Positions 45,220 through 63,883 of a stretch of DNA of 64,000 nucleotides are shown here, in pieces. Below the pieces are notes generated by a model. That model did no database searches and had not been told where the DNA came from. It saw only the letters and a list, made by a program, of their open reading frames with translations. Positions within the stretch are counted from its first letter, which is position 1. Each line of letters starts with the position of its first letter. Source of the stretch: the human T2T-CHM13v2.0 reference genome, Homo sapiens; assembly GCF_009914755.1 (NCBI RefSeq), contig NC_060941.1; one strand, 5' to 3'. A program made the translations under genes and the position numbers.

Positions 45220-45655
45220 AGAACCTTGAAGCTATTATGCTCTGTGAAAGAAGCCAGACACGAAAGGCCACATATTGTGAGGTTCTGTTTATGTAGAATA
45301 TTCAGAATAGGCAAATCCATAGAGCCAGAAAGTAGACTAATGTTTGGCAGGGGCTGGAGGGAAGGGAGAATGGAGAAATGACCGCCTAATGAGCGCAGGC
45401 TTTCCTTTTGGGGTGGTGTATGCATACGTCCAGACTCTTCAAAATGTGTGTATTAAACAATGTACAATTTATGCATACCAATTTTCATTCAATAAAGATT
45501 TTTAAAGGACTTGGAAAAAAGTTCTGAATACAAATAGTGGTGATGGTTGCACAACACTGTAAATGCTTTCATGTCACTGAACCGTATACTTTAAGTTGGT
45601 TAAAACGGTAAATGATGTTATATTGTTATATGTATTTTACCACAGTTTTTTTAAG
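45220..45655 (+). mobile_element. L1M 3' fragments
   Basis: gaaccttgaagctattatgctctgtgaaagaagccagacac...ggtgatggttgcacaacactgtaaatg. Confidence 0.8.
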
Positions 45656-46019
45656 GTGGAATCTCCAAAGAATCCTAGAACTCATTCAGTCCAAGCCTAA
45701 AACCGAAACACGGAGTCGGGGCTTAGCCTCTAAGGGCTGTGAGGGTTAGAACTGGATGTTCCCCTAAGACCCTCAAATTCATAAACTCATTGTTTAGAGA
45801 GAGGGTGGTGCCGGCAAGCAGGGAAGGAAGAAGGCCTGCGAGACGGTGAGGCCGGACAGAGCACTGGCTCCTTCTGAGGCGACCAGGGGGAGCGAGGTGC
45901 AGCCAGGGAGGCAGGGCCCCCGCCCATGCATCCTCCCCCAGACCCCTCGCCTCTTCCCACCTGGCAGACCTCATGCTTCCTTCCTTGGGGCTGGGAGCCC
46001 AGTGCCCTTGGTCTGCATC

Positions 46020-46420
46020 ACAGAGTCAACAACAATTTATCTGAACTGAGCAAACAAGGCAGCCATAAGAGGCGGAACTCTGACAATATTTAATGACTCC
46101 GGGGGTGGGGAAGCTTTGCAGGAGAAGGAGGGCAGGCGAGGAAAGGAACCAGAGAGGAGGCAGAAAACTCCAGGGGAAATTCCGTCGGGGGGAAGATAAA
46201 AGGGGGCTGTAAAGCAATTTTGACAGGTTAACAGACAGGTAATATTCCAACGGTGTTTACTTAACCAGGCTAGCACTCCATGCAGCGCCGATTAAGCTGC
46301 AGCACGAGAGCCTCAGCAGCTAAGGGTTTCACAGAAACAAAGATCTAGTCAGAGAAAACCAAATAACAGCCAGTCAGATGCTGGCAGCCCGGCCTGCAGC
46401 TCCCCCAGCTCGGAAGCCAC
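46020..46420. promoter_or_regulatory. Candidate enhancer (NF-kB, GATA, FOX, SOX, MEIS motifs)
   Basis: GGGAAATTCC 46174-46183, AGATAA, TGTTTAC, AACAAT, TGACAG in repeat-free, CpG-retaining sequence. Confidence 0.4.
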
Positions 46421-46896
46421 ACGGAGATGCTTCCTGGAGACCGATCTGGAAAGATAACTTGCAGCGGGTACCTTGCTGGGCCTCCACCTGGGATCACAGG
46501 GCCTAGCATCTGACAGCTCCTCGGAAAGGGTGGGGCATGGGCACCAAGCGCAAAGTGTCCCCTCTTCCCTCCCACGTTGAGGCAGACCAGTTCTCCAATC
46601 CTCAGTCCTAGGAAGACAGCCTTGCTGGTCCCACCCGCTGGCCCGGGGACTGCTGGCTCAGGATCTTTAGCCAGCAATGAAATTCATGCCAGCTCCCAAA
46701 CCCCTATCCACCCACCCAGATGCAAACCCAACGTGTTCTGCCATCTCTTAGCTCTCATACACTGGGCAAGTTCCTTAGTCTCTCGGGGCCTCAACTTCCT
46801 CATCTGTAAAATGGGGCAGTAAATTTCACAAGCTTCTTTAATTCATACATCACTATTAATTATCTGTTAATGTCATTGATATAAGTATAAATAATG

Positions 46897-47577
<681 letters not shown>

Positions 47578-48701
47578 TATTTAATAAATAATTATAAGGA
47601 ATAAATGAGGGTTTAGCACAGTGTCTGGATGTTAGTATCTACTCAATAAACTTTAGCTTCCTTATGCAACTATCTTTAACACCCACGTGGCCAGATTCAG
47701 AATGTGATCTTCTGAATATAGCAGAACAACCTATTGACAGGAAGATGCTTGATTTTTAAAATACGTGAAGGCTATTATATCTCCACCCATGCTCTCATAG
47801 AATGAGGAGGAAACGCTGTTGGGACCAGAAGAAGTGTCACGCTGGCTTAGGTCCCAGGAGAAGCACCCGAGACACCCCCAGCTCTCTGAGACCTTGGAGG
47901 CCTCACTAAGCAACTTGATATGGTTCCATGTTCCTGTATTTCTCAGAGGACATAAAAGTGTTCAAAGCCCCGGAACCAGCAAGCAAGAGGTGCCAAGATA
48001 TTGACTTCATTTCCTATAGGGTTCCCTGGCCTCTGTTACAGGACACTATTTTGAGGTTGGATTATATATTTTTAGGTTATTTGGAAAATCATTGTGGCTT
48101 TAAATAATAAAATTCTGAGTGACATCTGTCAGCCCTGATTACTGTGAGTCGGCTAAGCTGCATTTTCTTTCGTTTTCATTTTTAAAAGTGCAATGAAGTA
48201 AGTGTTACCCAGAAAGGTCTGTGAGAGTCTGCAGGGTTGTGTATTAAACACTCTCTTGAAACTGGTCCCAAAGGCTTGTACCAGGGACCTAGCAACAGGC
48301 CTGGGGTGGTACACCCAAGAGCTGAGCTGGCAAACACTGCCAAAAGCAAGAAGTGGGACTGAGGCCCCTGCAAGGAATCACAGGGGCATCTGGTCAACCT
48401 CCTTCATTTCACCAGTGGGGTAGCAGAGGCCCAAGGGGGTTGGAGAATTGCCTTGGATGTACAGACAGCCATGGTGAAAGACGACAAGAGGCAGGTCTCC
48501 CCACAGCTTCATTCAGGACTCTCTGAGCTACACTATGAGGCCCATCAGGTCTTCTTATTCTATGAGTAGCACATCAATAAGGTTTGTATCCTACTGACCC
48601 AGTCCAGAAATCACCTCACGAAAGGGTTCCTCTACATAAATCTCTGCCCTTCTTCTTTACTTTCAGGATTCAATCATTGTTCCTACTCAGAAAAGTGCAT
48701 C

Positions 48702-49158
<457 letters not shown>

Positions 49159-49787
49159 TGAAAAGTACATCTTTTATGACCACCTGTTGGTTATCCACCA
49201 TGTGAGTCTCACCTAATACAGGACTGGTGGTTTAGGAAATACCTGTGGCTGTCGCAGTTTTGGTCCTGCAGGGAAAGTGCCATCTACAAAATGAACTTGG
49301 AATGTCTAGGTTCAGGCAGTCTCTTCCTCAGAAAGCAGGAACCTCCAGACCAGATCTACCAAAAGCCATTCTCCCTCCCACAATCACCGCCACCATGTCC
49401 TGAGTATCAATAGCTTATTGACCCTCTTCATCCAGGAGCAATGAAGTTGTTAAGAATCAAACTCAATGGTTTTTTTTTTCTTTTCCTTTTTTTTTTTTGT
49501 GGGTATGATTTTACAGAATCCTCCTTTTTCCCCCAAATAAGTTTGATCAGCATGCATTTCATGTCTGAATTAGGACCTTAATTCAAGGCCCAGCACAGGG
49601 AAAGGAGTCAATAAGCAACTGATGAATAGAGGGATGAATTTGGGAGGCAAGCCTTTTCAAAGAAGCTATTCGATGGGTAAATGCCTATAAAATAAGCACA
49701 TACTTTGTTATGTGGGACAAGAGATGGGGATGGGTTGGGGGTCCCATTCTCACGGATGGAAACCTCATTTTAAAAGTTTTCAGGTTT

Positions 49788-50368
<581 letters not shown>

Positions 50369-51039
50369 TTAAAGCATTTCCAGGCTTTGAACCATCTTTC
50401 CTGACAGAGACCTCTGTGATGTGGTTGTGGAGGTGGGGGCAGGTTCTTCACGTTACCAAGAAGAAAACCAAGGAAATGAGACAATGAGAAGCTATTCCAA
50501 GGTCTGCAATGAATGAATAGAAAAGCTGAGATGAGCACTCAATCTGTTTCTCTTATTTGATATTTTCTATTCTCTTAAGATGGTGTTTTAAAGCCTTAAA
50601 TCTCCCGAAAAATATATCTTACACATCGCACTGAAAGCCTTCAGATGCTAACTTCGGACACAATGAAATCACCCCATGTCCCCTCAGCCTTGCCAAAAGC
50701 TGATGTCTAAACCACGTCACCATTCGTGGCCTTAAACCCTGGCTAAACAATCATAATCACATTTCTGGAAATATAGGAATGGTGGCTGCCAAAAGCACTG
50801 AAGTATTAGACCACACCTCAAAGCTTTCTGTGCAGTGAACACTAGAAATAAGGAACTTCACAAGATTACCTGCCTAAAGAATCCACCCTCACAATTCCCC
50901 ATCTAAAATACAAACTACACCTGGAAGTCCCCAGACAAGACAACAAGTCCCTGGTCAGGAATATAGGAGGTGCCCAATACATGGGAAATACAGAAGACTT
51001 AGGGTCTATGATATACACGCATTAAAAACTCTATGCTCT

Positions 51040-52220
<1,181 letters not shown>

Positions 52221-53020
52221 GTAAATAAATGTTTTAATCCACCTTCTTCCCAATATGGTGAGAAGCAGAAAGAGACTCCTTCAATAGATACCATTTCAAA
52301 GTTATGCTGCCTCTCAGTCCATAGCCCTAGGAACCCAAACAAAAAGACAAGGGGTCAACATAAAGGGCATTCAGGGGTCCCCAGCGGGCCTCCCCAGCAT
52401 CCTGGGACTCTACTTCCTCCAGGGGAAGGTAAATAAAATCAGCTGATCAACCAATCAGCTCACTGGAAAGCAGGAAACAGAAGGACTCTCTAAAATCAGC
52501 CCAGATTGCTACACAGGAATTGTCCAAAGTCCAAAAAGTTGCCACTCTTTAAAGGAGGCAGAGGAGAATACATAAAAACCAAGAAGGAAGAAACAATAAA
52601 GGTGAGGTAGAGAAGGACTCCAATGCAACCAAAAAGAAGGCTTCTAGCCTGAGACCTGGCTACCAGGGGCAGAACCCAGGTCGGAGGCTTCTCTGGCATT
52701 TTCTTTCCTGCTGGGTAGGCAGGAGTTCTCTCCAGAGGAACACATAGCTTTAGCCCCTCTTTGAAAAATTTGCTCCAAGAAAAAGAAAACACGTTTAACC
52801 AGAGATACAGGATAGAAAGGGCGGCCAGCTCTTAAAACATGGGCCATAAATGTGCTTGGAGGTTGGTTTTGCCCTTAAAGGAAATAAAATTTATGGTTTG
52901 TCAGATAACTAGAAAGAAAAGCCCTCAGAGTGGAAATCTGGCCAGATAAAAGTCTACGAATGAATAGGAAGTTTTCTTAAAATGCAGTGCTTAAATATTT
53001 CAGTGAGAAAAAGATCTTAG

Positions 53021-53356
<336 letters not shown>

Positions 53357-54234
53357 ATTTTTAACTCAAACCAAACCTAGAAAAACCTCCACAAGCAAAT
53401 ATCCCTTCTTTTCTTGTCACGTGGGCTTGTCTTTGACCCTTAGCTGTGGGAGAGTAAACCTTCCCTTTACAATATTAACAATCTCCATATTGTGGTTACC
53501 TAGGGGAGAAGGCGGGAGGGAACTGCTGACTGACAGGTGACAAGATGGCAGCTTCCAGACTGACGGCAATGTTCAATGGTATCCTGGTTTGGATGGTGGT
53601 TCCGTGGATGTGTACATACGTAAAAATTCATTGAGCTGTCCCTAAGATTTGTGTACTTTATAAACATTATTCTTCAGCAAAAAGCGCACACATACATACA
53701 TACATACATAATTTTTAAATTGCCACAGGTTTATGTTGTGCCCAACTGGAGCCAAGTTGGTTGTAAAAAGGGGCCCCAATCACAGTGAGTTCATTCACCT
53801 GCACTCCCACCTCCTCTCCGAATCCGCCACACGGTTATGGAAGCTGGCTCCACCGACGAGCCCTCTGGATAAAGGAGAATAATGGAAACTCAGTCCGAGG
53901 AGCTTATTTCCCGTTTGGAGGGGTTTTGCAAGGCAGCAGATTGAAACTAATGACAAAAGTAACTGAGATTCTTGCCAATCAAGCTCTCCCTGAATCGTGC
54001 TGAAATCTGTCACTCAAGAGCTTCTATGAGGTTGTCTCATTCCTGCATTACAGAATAACATGGAACAAAGATTCTCTTGCCATGGCAGCCTTTCAGACAC
54101 CAAAATTAGTTGTTATTCTCAGTCACCTCTCATCCAGGCTATTCATTCATTCAACACACAAGATTTATCAAATCTGACAACTATTTCTACATAGTATGGT
54201 TTTCAGATCCTCTCACTGTCCTGGCTCCATATAT

Positions 54235-54730
<496 letters not shown>

Positions 54731-55769
54731 AAAGTGTGAGCAAGGTAAGCAGATACCCCTTCTCCATCCTATCAATGTCACCACCATCCTCCTGCCACTC
54801 AATTAGGAAGTGTCTTCTCAGCCTTGTCCACTCTCCTCCTCCTCCCCTCTCCCTGTAGTCCCCACTGGTCTTGTTCCTTCTTCCTGTAAGGAATTTAACA
54901 CTTTCATTTATGGAGTCATCATCCTTGGGATGGGTCGCCGCCAGCCCTTGGGGCATTGCAAGCTCGTGTCTGATACAGATTCCCAGCTCTGGCTCGTGAC
55001 TGACAGGGTCAGAGTCTGGGATGAGGTTCAGAGTTGGTGCTGTGAGTAGGCACCGAGAGGAAACGCGGGCTAGGGCTGGCACTGCTGTTAGAGGCTGCCA
55101 GGTCTCACTGGGCAGCTTGACTCGCCATTCTAACCTGTGAGGTGCTCCCATCTCCTCGTTTCTCCCACCCCATGTCCACCTCCCTGGAAGGCACCAGCCT
55201 TGTTGCATAAAGGGAGCACGATGCTGCAAGCTTAGTGCTCCAGGACGTGGGTTCCTACTAAGCTCTCCTCATGCCGCACTCCATTTTCTCATCATCTCTG
55301 ACTGCCCCTCACCACCTATCATGCTATTCATTCATTCATTCTGTGCCTCTTCAGCTCAGAGACATTCATCTGGTCTTCTCTGCCGCCTCTTCCCTGCATG
55401 CCACCCTGAACCCCAGCGAGGTTTTCAAATGGTTTCCTGGCTGTTACCACCCCAGACAACTCATGGAGAAGCAGCCATCTCAATTCTCCGCCTGTCCCCG
55501 GGGTGGCCACTCTCCTGGAGGCTACAACCTGGACCTTTCTGTCAAGGCCAGTCTCCTTCTTGTCACCTCATGTTGTCCCTGGCCCCATGGTTCACCCGCA
55601 TCATCCCTCCTCCTTGGAGACCTGATACAGCCCACACCAGCCACCCATCAGCTGGTGATGCCCTCCTTGTATGCCCATAGCATCCCCCGGGGCCATTCTC
55701 GACTCACACTGCATGCTGTCTCTCCCAGCACTACCTAGAGGCTTCTACTCTGCCCCCATGACAACCATC

Positions 55770-55960
55770 ATCCCAATAATAGCTGATACACACTGAGTGC
55801 ACAGAAGTACCAGACACTGTCCCAAACATCAATTAATTCTTAACTCATTTAATTCTCTGCAGTGTATGTGCTCATTATTTTTAGTCTGCCCATTTTACAG
55901 ATGAGGAAACTGAGGCACAGAGAGGTTCAGTAACTTGCCTAAAGGTACATGGCTAAATGT
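55770..55960 (-). mobile_element. MIR
   Basis: cccattttacagatgaggaaactgaggcacagagaggttcagtaacttgcc. Confidence 0.9.
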
Positions 55961-56813
55961 CTAGATGGTCAACTCCTTGAGGAGTACGGTGTATGTGTGT
56001 ATGGGTGTGGGTGTATGTGTCTTCTGACTTTTCCAGGTATCTTCTATAATATTTCATTCATTCAATCGGCATTCATTCAACTTCTTTTTTAGTATTTATT
56101 CTTGTTTGAAGGATGGAAAATAACAATGGATAGATGTAGGCTTGCAGTGTACCATCCTGGGTTATTACCCCTGGCTCTGTTTCAGTCTAGGTGACGCTGA
56201 TGACTTTTTCACTCTCCTGGAAGCCTATTATAAATGGTGATGACGTGGCCTACCTCTCAGGTTGCCCTGGTATCCCCATACCTGCTCACCAAGCTCACTC
56301 CCAACTCCAACCCCCCACCCCCCTACACACACACAGGCCTTCCGCTAGCCTTATAAACCGACAAGTATCATCCATAAGGAAACTACATAAAAAGATCAAT
56401 AGTCTGTCTTTGAGGCCTATACCACATTACCTTGCAACATCAAAATCAGGGTTTATCCTTAAAGTTAGCACAAGGAAAAGACACCCACTGGGGAAAGGGA
56501 GGCCCAGGGGTAGCCCTGGAGCTGGGACCAGGATATCCCCAGGCCTAACGCACTGTCTCCCCTGCTAACCACAAGATGGCATGGTGCAGAAACCCAGAGA
56601 GCAAAGGTGCCAGGCTCTTCCCGGAGCTGCTATTTCTCCTAAAGACTTGGTCTCCAAAGGAGATCTGCACGCCTCATTTGTTGCACAAAATAGAAAGAGC
56701 AGCCCTCATGTTTCAGTCTAAGGCATTCATTTGCGGTTTTTATTTATAGTCCTGCATATATTTGTGCACACATAGATACACCAGCCAGGAAGTGCAGGTC
56801 CAGGTACACACTT

Positions 56814-56859
56814 ACACACACACACACACACACACACTCTCTCTCTCTCTCTCTCTCTC
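56814..56859. repeat. (CA)n(CT)n compound microsatellite
   Basis: Direct sequence; ~30 nt into the intron downstream of the 32-nt exon. Confidence 0.95.
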
Positions 56860-56890
56860 GGAAAATCAAGATTTATTTGTATGTACATAC

Positions 56891-56913
56891 AGCCCAGTTA
56901 AAGATAAGTCCAT
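56891..56913 (-). CDS. PRICKLE2: First coding segment (MDLSLTG+L) of the long PRICKLE2 isoform, within a 32-nt exon at 56891-56922
   Basis: Minus strand: gcttaatagttttttttcttttag|GGACTGTGA ATG GAC TTA TCT TTA ACT GGG CT|gtatgt, i.e. branch-like CTTAAT, poly-Y/AG acceptor and GT donor, phase 2. Peptide matches my recollection of the extended PRICKLE2 N-terminus (MDLSLTGLMETSRR...); not database-verified. Confidence 0.7.
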
Positions 56914-58041
56914 TCACAGTCCCTAAAAGAAAAAAAACTATTAAGCTTCACATTTTCAATTCCAAAACCACTCTAAAAATAAACCGCTCATCAACTCAAT
57001 CGACTTTCAAAGTCACACAAATTAGTGTGGATAGTAAAAATTCTAATAGCTTACTCCTTTTGCTCTTAATTAACCTAAGAATTTGGAAAATGGAGGGAAA
57101 ACAAGAGAACATCCAGCCTCAAAAATTTGTTCCCGAAGCAGCCTTTCTCTAAAAGTATGACAGTATCTCTCTTGGTCTCTGCTCTGTTATTTAGGAATCG
57201 CCTGCAATCCATGCAACCCACTAAGTGAAAATTCAACCACTTGGTAGTTCGTGCATCTTGTTCAGATAACCTCGCAGGAGAGGGGATGAGGGACAGACAA
57301 AATATTCCTAATGATATGATGGATTTATTGCTGTAGACCCAGAGGCATCAGAATATGCCAAGAGATGCACCAGATTAGATGGTCCTTTGTACTTCAAAAT
57401 ATCACCTCCCCGCTAGCCCAAAGAAAATCCACAGAAAACAAACACCATTGATATTCAAGTAACTGTCTCTCCACATATTTGTTTCTTTCTTCATTTTGAT
57501 GATCTTCCAGTACATCACCTCCTGGCCTCTCCCTTCTTCCTATCTCTGTCCTTACAAAAGAAACGCCAAGTCCTCTCCTTCCGCCCACATACCAACTTTA
57601 TGAAAAAATCCCTGGCTGGAGCTATCTGGGGCACATAATCTAAGAACAAAGCCTGCAATAATGTTGCAGGTTGCAGCCCATGCTTTATCCAAAGGGTGGG
57701 AACATTTCTGTTGAGCACACAGAGGCCAACCGGGAGAAAAAGAAAATGCCATCTGGCTGGCAAGGGTTTATGTCTGTACCCACAGCTTAACAGAGGGGAA
57801 GCCAGCAAAGGGAGTACCCTTTGTAATTTCTTGAGGGATATTTGAGTTTAGAACAAGAGGGCAGTAAAACAAGAGTCTGCAATGCTATCATTTCATGGTG
57901 GAAGAGGTTGCAGCATTCCCAGGAATTTTGAGCATGAATAAAGGACACTTCCAAGAAATTTCCAGGCTGGGAAGAAATGTCCAGGCCAAAGCTCTAGAGC
58001 TCTCGGGAGTATAAGCTCACTTCTGTGTCAGAACTGTCCCC

Positions 58042-58366
<325 letters not shown>

Positions 58367-58929
58367 TTAAAATTTGAAGAGCATTTCAAGGAAGACAATG
58401 ACGTAGGCATCTTGGTTAGAAATCTCACCCTCAGCCTCCCCTTTAAAAATCACCCACCCTGGCCTCCTCCATCCCTCAATACCATTCCCAATAAAGCAAC
58501 CGCTATAGACTCCCAGATATGTAGCCAAATTCCTTCTGAGGGGTCATTAGCCTAAACGCAGCATACATAAAAACACAGCAGGCATGAAAAGTAATTTAAA
58601 AAAAACAAATGCCCTTCTAACACCAAACACACTGGTTATCCTAATAATTCCATGTCTCCGAAACTCAAATTCCAGCCATCAATTCAATCCACACTAAATG
58701 ACAATCACTCTCAAAACATATCATATCAGTTCAAAGTAACAATTATATATGTCCACAATAATATCCAAAGTGCCACCAAAACCATGTTAATGTCAAGTTT
58801 TCCTTTAACTATTGTCATCATAGAGTTTCTCCTTTTATCATGAAGAAATACGGAATTAAAGATATGAAATGAAAAAAAGGAACATTCTGGCCGGGGAGAA
58901 GAGGGAAGTGACGTTATTGGTAATCAGAA

Positions 58930-59100
58930 AGATAGTAAGCGCTAACATTTTTTTGAGCGCTACTTCCTGACACTGAGCAATGCATTTTACATGCACTATC
59001 TCATATCTCCTTCCCCCACAGCCTCTGAGGGATGTACAATGAGGCCCATCTTACAGATGAGGAAACTGAGGTTCTTAACAGTGAAATAATCCCAGTGTCA
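58930..59100 (-). mobile_element. MIR
   Basis: cccatcttacagatgaggaaactgagg. Confidence 0.85.
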
Positions 59101-59269
59101 GCATGGAAGGTGAAATAAATAAGACAGAAGAGATTAAGAGAGACCGATTGCAACAGCCTAAGAAATAAATCATCTGATCGAAGCTAAGGAAGTTGCAGAT
59201 GACAGGACTGAACAGAATTTAAATGCAGAGGATGAGAGAAAGCGGAGAGTTAAGACGATTGTGTGTTGT

Positions 59270-59588
<319 letters not shown>

Positions 59589-59839
59589 GAGACAATTATG
59601 TTTGGACTGCTGTATAGAAATTGGTAACAGAAACATAGGTTTGAATAACACGGGCAGTAATTTAGTTTCAGAACTGCTGAACTCGAGGAACCATGGGCCC
59701 GCAGGCAGGGACAGCTACTAGGCATTAAATGGTACCCACAAGCCTTTCCCAAACTCGTGTACCACTACAGAGTTCATCACGTATCAAAACAAATCCATCT
59801 GTAACAGTCAAGTTTTAACCCTTTTGGGATGTTTTCCTA

Positions 59840-60100
<261 letters not shown>

Positions 60101-60609
60101 AGGTATACTTTTGCCTCTGAGATAGATTGTGACAAAGGCAAGCCCTAACATCACCCCATAACTCTACGGCCTTCTCATCCAATGTCCTGGGACACAGTGC
60201 TTAGCTTCCAATGCCAGGATTTCTCCAATCCCATTCATATCCCGGCCTTTAGCAAGCAGAAAAGCCAAACAGAAGAGGCCCAAAACAGTCCTTCCTCCTC
60301 GGGAGTGGCCTGAAGGAGGCATTGGACGAGTCTCACCTGACAAGACCAAGGCAGCTTTCTCCTCCCTTTGGCCTGAAGAGAAGTGGCTGAAAAATTATCT
60401 GCACAGGAAGAAAACAGGGCGGTCTGAATGCCAATTCTTGAACAATTCCACTTAAAGAATCAAAGTCCTCCACAAACACCCACTGTACAATATGCTACTG
60501 GATTCTGCAGGAAAGCTTTCTGTGGGACCATCCTGGGGCTACTCAATGCCCACCAAATCCACAGCCGGTAGCCCAGCAGAAAAGAGGTCTCTTAAAATCT
60601 CCCATTTTG

Positions 60610-60972
<363 letters not shown>

Positions 60973-61269
60973 TTATATCCCAGGTCAGCGCACGTCCTCA
61001 CCATGAGCAAATGGTGGACAGTATATGCCTAAGACCAGCGGCTCCCCTGGCCACTCCTGACAAGCACCACACAGGGCTCCCCAGCTACAGCTGCAGCTTC
61101 CCTACTAGAAAGGAGAAAATAAACTGTTTAGACCCAGATACCTAACTCTTTGGCCCCTTCCACATCCATCTCCTGCAAAAGTTTATCATATCACAAACAG
61201 GCAGAGACAGCCATGCAAACCAAATAGTCCACATGAGCACCTATGCTTCCTGGCCCTCTTAGATGACAG

Positions 61270-61533
61270 GGCCGTACACCCAGCACATTGTGGACAATGG
61301 GCTGTGAGCAGTTCTCCCGTCTCTCCCTGCTGCAATAACCCTGAATCATAGGTTCAGATGGAGGTGGTATAAAATGGAGCCACTGTCATCCTAATTTCCT
61401 GAAGCACAGCCTCCCTCCTCCACAACCCATATTATGCATATAACACGAATGAGGAAGCAACCTTTGTTTTAAGCCAGTGACATTTGGGGATGTTTGTTAC
61501 TGCAGCATAGTTTAAACTATCCTGACTAATATA
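61270..61533 (+). mobile_element. Old MLT1 LTR 3' part
   Basis: ttttaagccagtgacatttggggatgtttgttactgcagcatag...cctgactaatata. Confidence 0.75.
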
Positions 61534-61639
61534 CTCACTATCTAAGACCCTTGAGAGAAATTTCTTTTTTCATTCCTTCTCTCATTAAAATAAGGCTGAC
61601 ATCTTTTAGCACTCTATTCAAGATTCTTCTTAATTTGTC

Positions 61640-62075
61640 CTTGACATAAAAAAGCCACTGTTCCAGCAGACACCCAACTTCCAAGATTCCTATACAGATC
61701 CTTTCATGCCTCTGTGCCTCTGCATATGCTGTTCCCTCTCCCTGGGATACCCTTCCCCACTCTCCCACCCTGCAATGCTCTTTGAACCCCTCATCCTTCA
61801 ATGTCCATTGAATGTCTCTCACAAAGCCTCCCTACCAGCCTCAGACGGACTGAGCCACACATCCCTCAGGGTATCCCTAACAGTCAACTTCTCTTCAGCC
61901 ATGGATCACGTACTATTATAATTACTTGTTGACAAGTCTGTCTGCTCACTGTATGGGAACTGTCGGTGAGGGCATTTGTCTACCTGTATCTTTTTATCCC
62001 CAGCACAGAGCACAGTGCCAGGTTAATAGTACATGCTCCACAAATATTTGTTGAATAAATGAACAAATGAATAAA
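61640..62075 (+). mobile_element. L2 3' end
   Basis: tgcatatgctgttccctctcctggg...cccagcacagagcacagtgccagg...aaatatttgttgaataaatgaa. Confidence 0.8.
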
Positions 62076-63848
62076 TTTCTCCCATGAAGATCTACAGATA
62101 AGAGGTCTTAAATAAAAACATCATATACATATATCAAAATTTATTTCAGGTACAGATGTTTACAAGTAGAAGACACACATCTCAACCACAGGGCAGCTGG
62201 AGGGGACAAATGTTCAGCCCATAATTTACTTAAGCAAATGTATCCACTGTCCTTTTTGCCCACGCAAGCAAACAACTATGTTGCTTCTCACTCTATTTTC
62301 AGAAAGTGAGTTTCTAAAAATCTCAGGAAAAGGTGGGGGTGCAGGCCTAACTATGTTCACCTAAGGCTTAGGCCTAAACCCAAGCAGGTTCATCTTGGTC
62401 TTTTGTCCATCAATCCAAGGAAAGATTCCTCAGCTGCTTCCCAATCAGGAGAAAAAGCTGCTGTCTGCGTGATATAATAACAACCCCAGGCCAAGCCGAC
62501 AGGGTGGGAGAAGAAGGGCTAAAGTGTGTTCAGACCAAGGACAGTGAGCTCCCCTTGTTTGCTCCATCCAGAGATGAATGAACAGGAACTTGCACGTGGC
62601 TGTCATCCTGTAGTCAGGGGGTGGTCACCTGGATGCCCTTCTGCTTGGAAATCCTACTGGGGACACAGAAACCTCAGAGGGGTCTGTCCACAGCACAACC
62701 TTGTCCAGCTGATTCTTCAACAACTGCCAGACAATAGAGGTCAAATCTCAGAAGAAAGCTACGATCTCCTCCAGCCTCTCTGTCTAGAGAGCTCTTCAAA
62801 CCCCCCAGGGCATCCCCAGGCAGCCTCAGGGAGCAGGGCAGGTGGGCTGTCTCTGCCACTCCAATGGGGCATCTTCAGCTGGGTCAGGCTCACAAAAGGG
62901 CAGACAGCAAGTCAGTCATTTGGTTTCATTGAGACATGCCTGCGTGCTATCCTACCCTTCCCCTGAGTGGTGGCTTTTTATGCCTCCAGAGCTTGGTGTC
63001 ACGTGGAGCCAGGCGGGAAGTGCACTCACTAGCTGGGGAGGCAGGCAGACCTGGTCAGGTCGCCAGCTTTGCTACCAATAACCTGCGTGACTTCAGCCAT
63101 GTAGCTTAACCTCTCTGAACATGTTTCTTCATTCATAAGATATAAATGATACCTCCCTTCCAGAATTGTGGAAGGTGCTGAACACATGTGCAGAATACTC
63201 TCTGGGCATAGTAGGCGGTCAATACATGGAAACTAGTGTTTACATTGTATGTTCTCACAATACACTCCGAAGGCAGGGTCTTCCATGGTTCCCTATGAAG
63301 GGCTGTTCTCAGCGCAGGCTTGTCACAAACAGGATGATCAGGAATACTTTGCCCTATCTGCAGGCAGGATGTACATATGATGACACACTTCCAAGCATGC
63401 AGGGAGGTCTCAGCACAGACTCCTGCCTGTGACGGTGGGGCTCACGCAGCCTGTCGCTCAGTCTCACCTGAGACAGTAATTGCCCCGATACATCAATACA
63501 TGCCAAGGTCCTCCCAGGACCGTCTTCATCAAGCTTCCCCGCTTGATGAAATACGTCATATCAATATCCCTACGGAGTTATTTTTAGAGCTCAATGAAGG
63601 GCCGGTATCTCCTGTCCTGGCAATAAATACACAAGCCAGCCACCAGCATAATAAGACTTAGGGTAACACCACCACTTACTGAGGACAGATCTTCTGTGGG
63701 GACATTGGGGGAGGACGGGGTCTGTGAGATTTCCGGGTAACCTCACCTTGGATGGAACATGGGTCATCTCCATCTGCCTGGGGTCACTTCTGGCTTTCAC
63801 AGGCTATGACTGGCACCCATCTCGACTGGCGGTCTACTCCTTAACAAC

Positions 63849-63851
<3 letters not shown>

Positions 63852-63881
<30 letters not shown>
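63852..63881. repeat. (TG)n
   Basis: Direct sequence. Confidence 0.95.
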
Positions 63882-63883
<2 letters not shown>

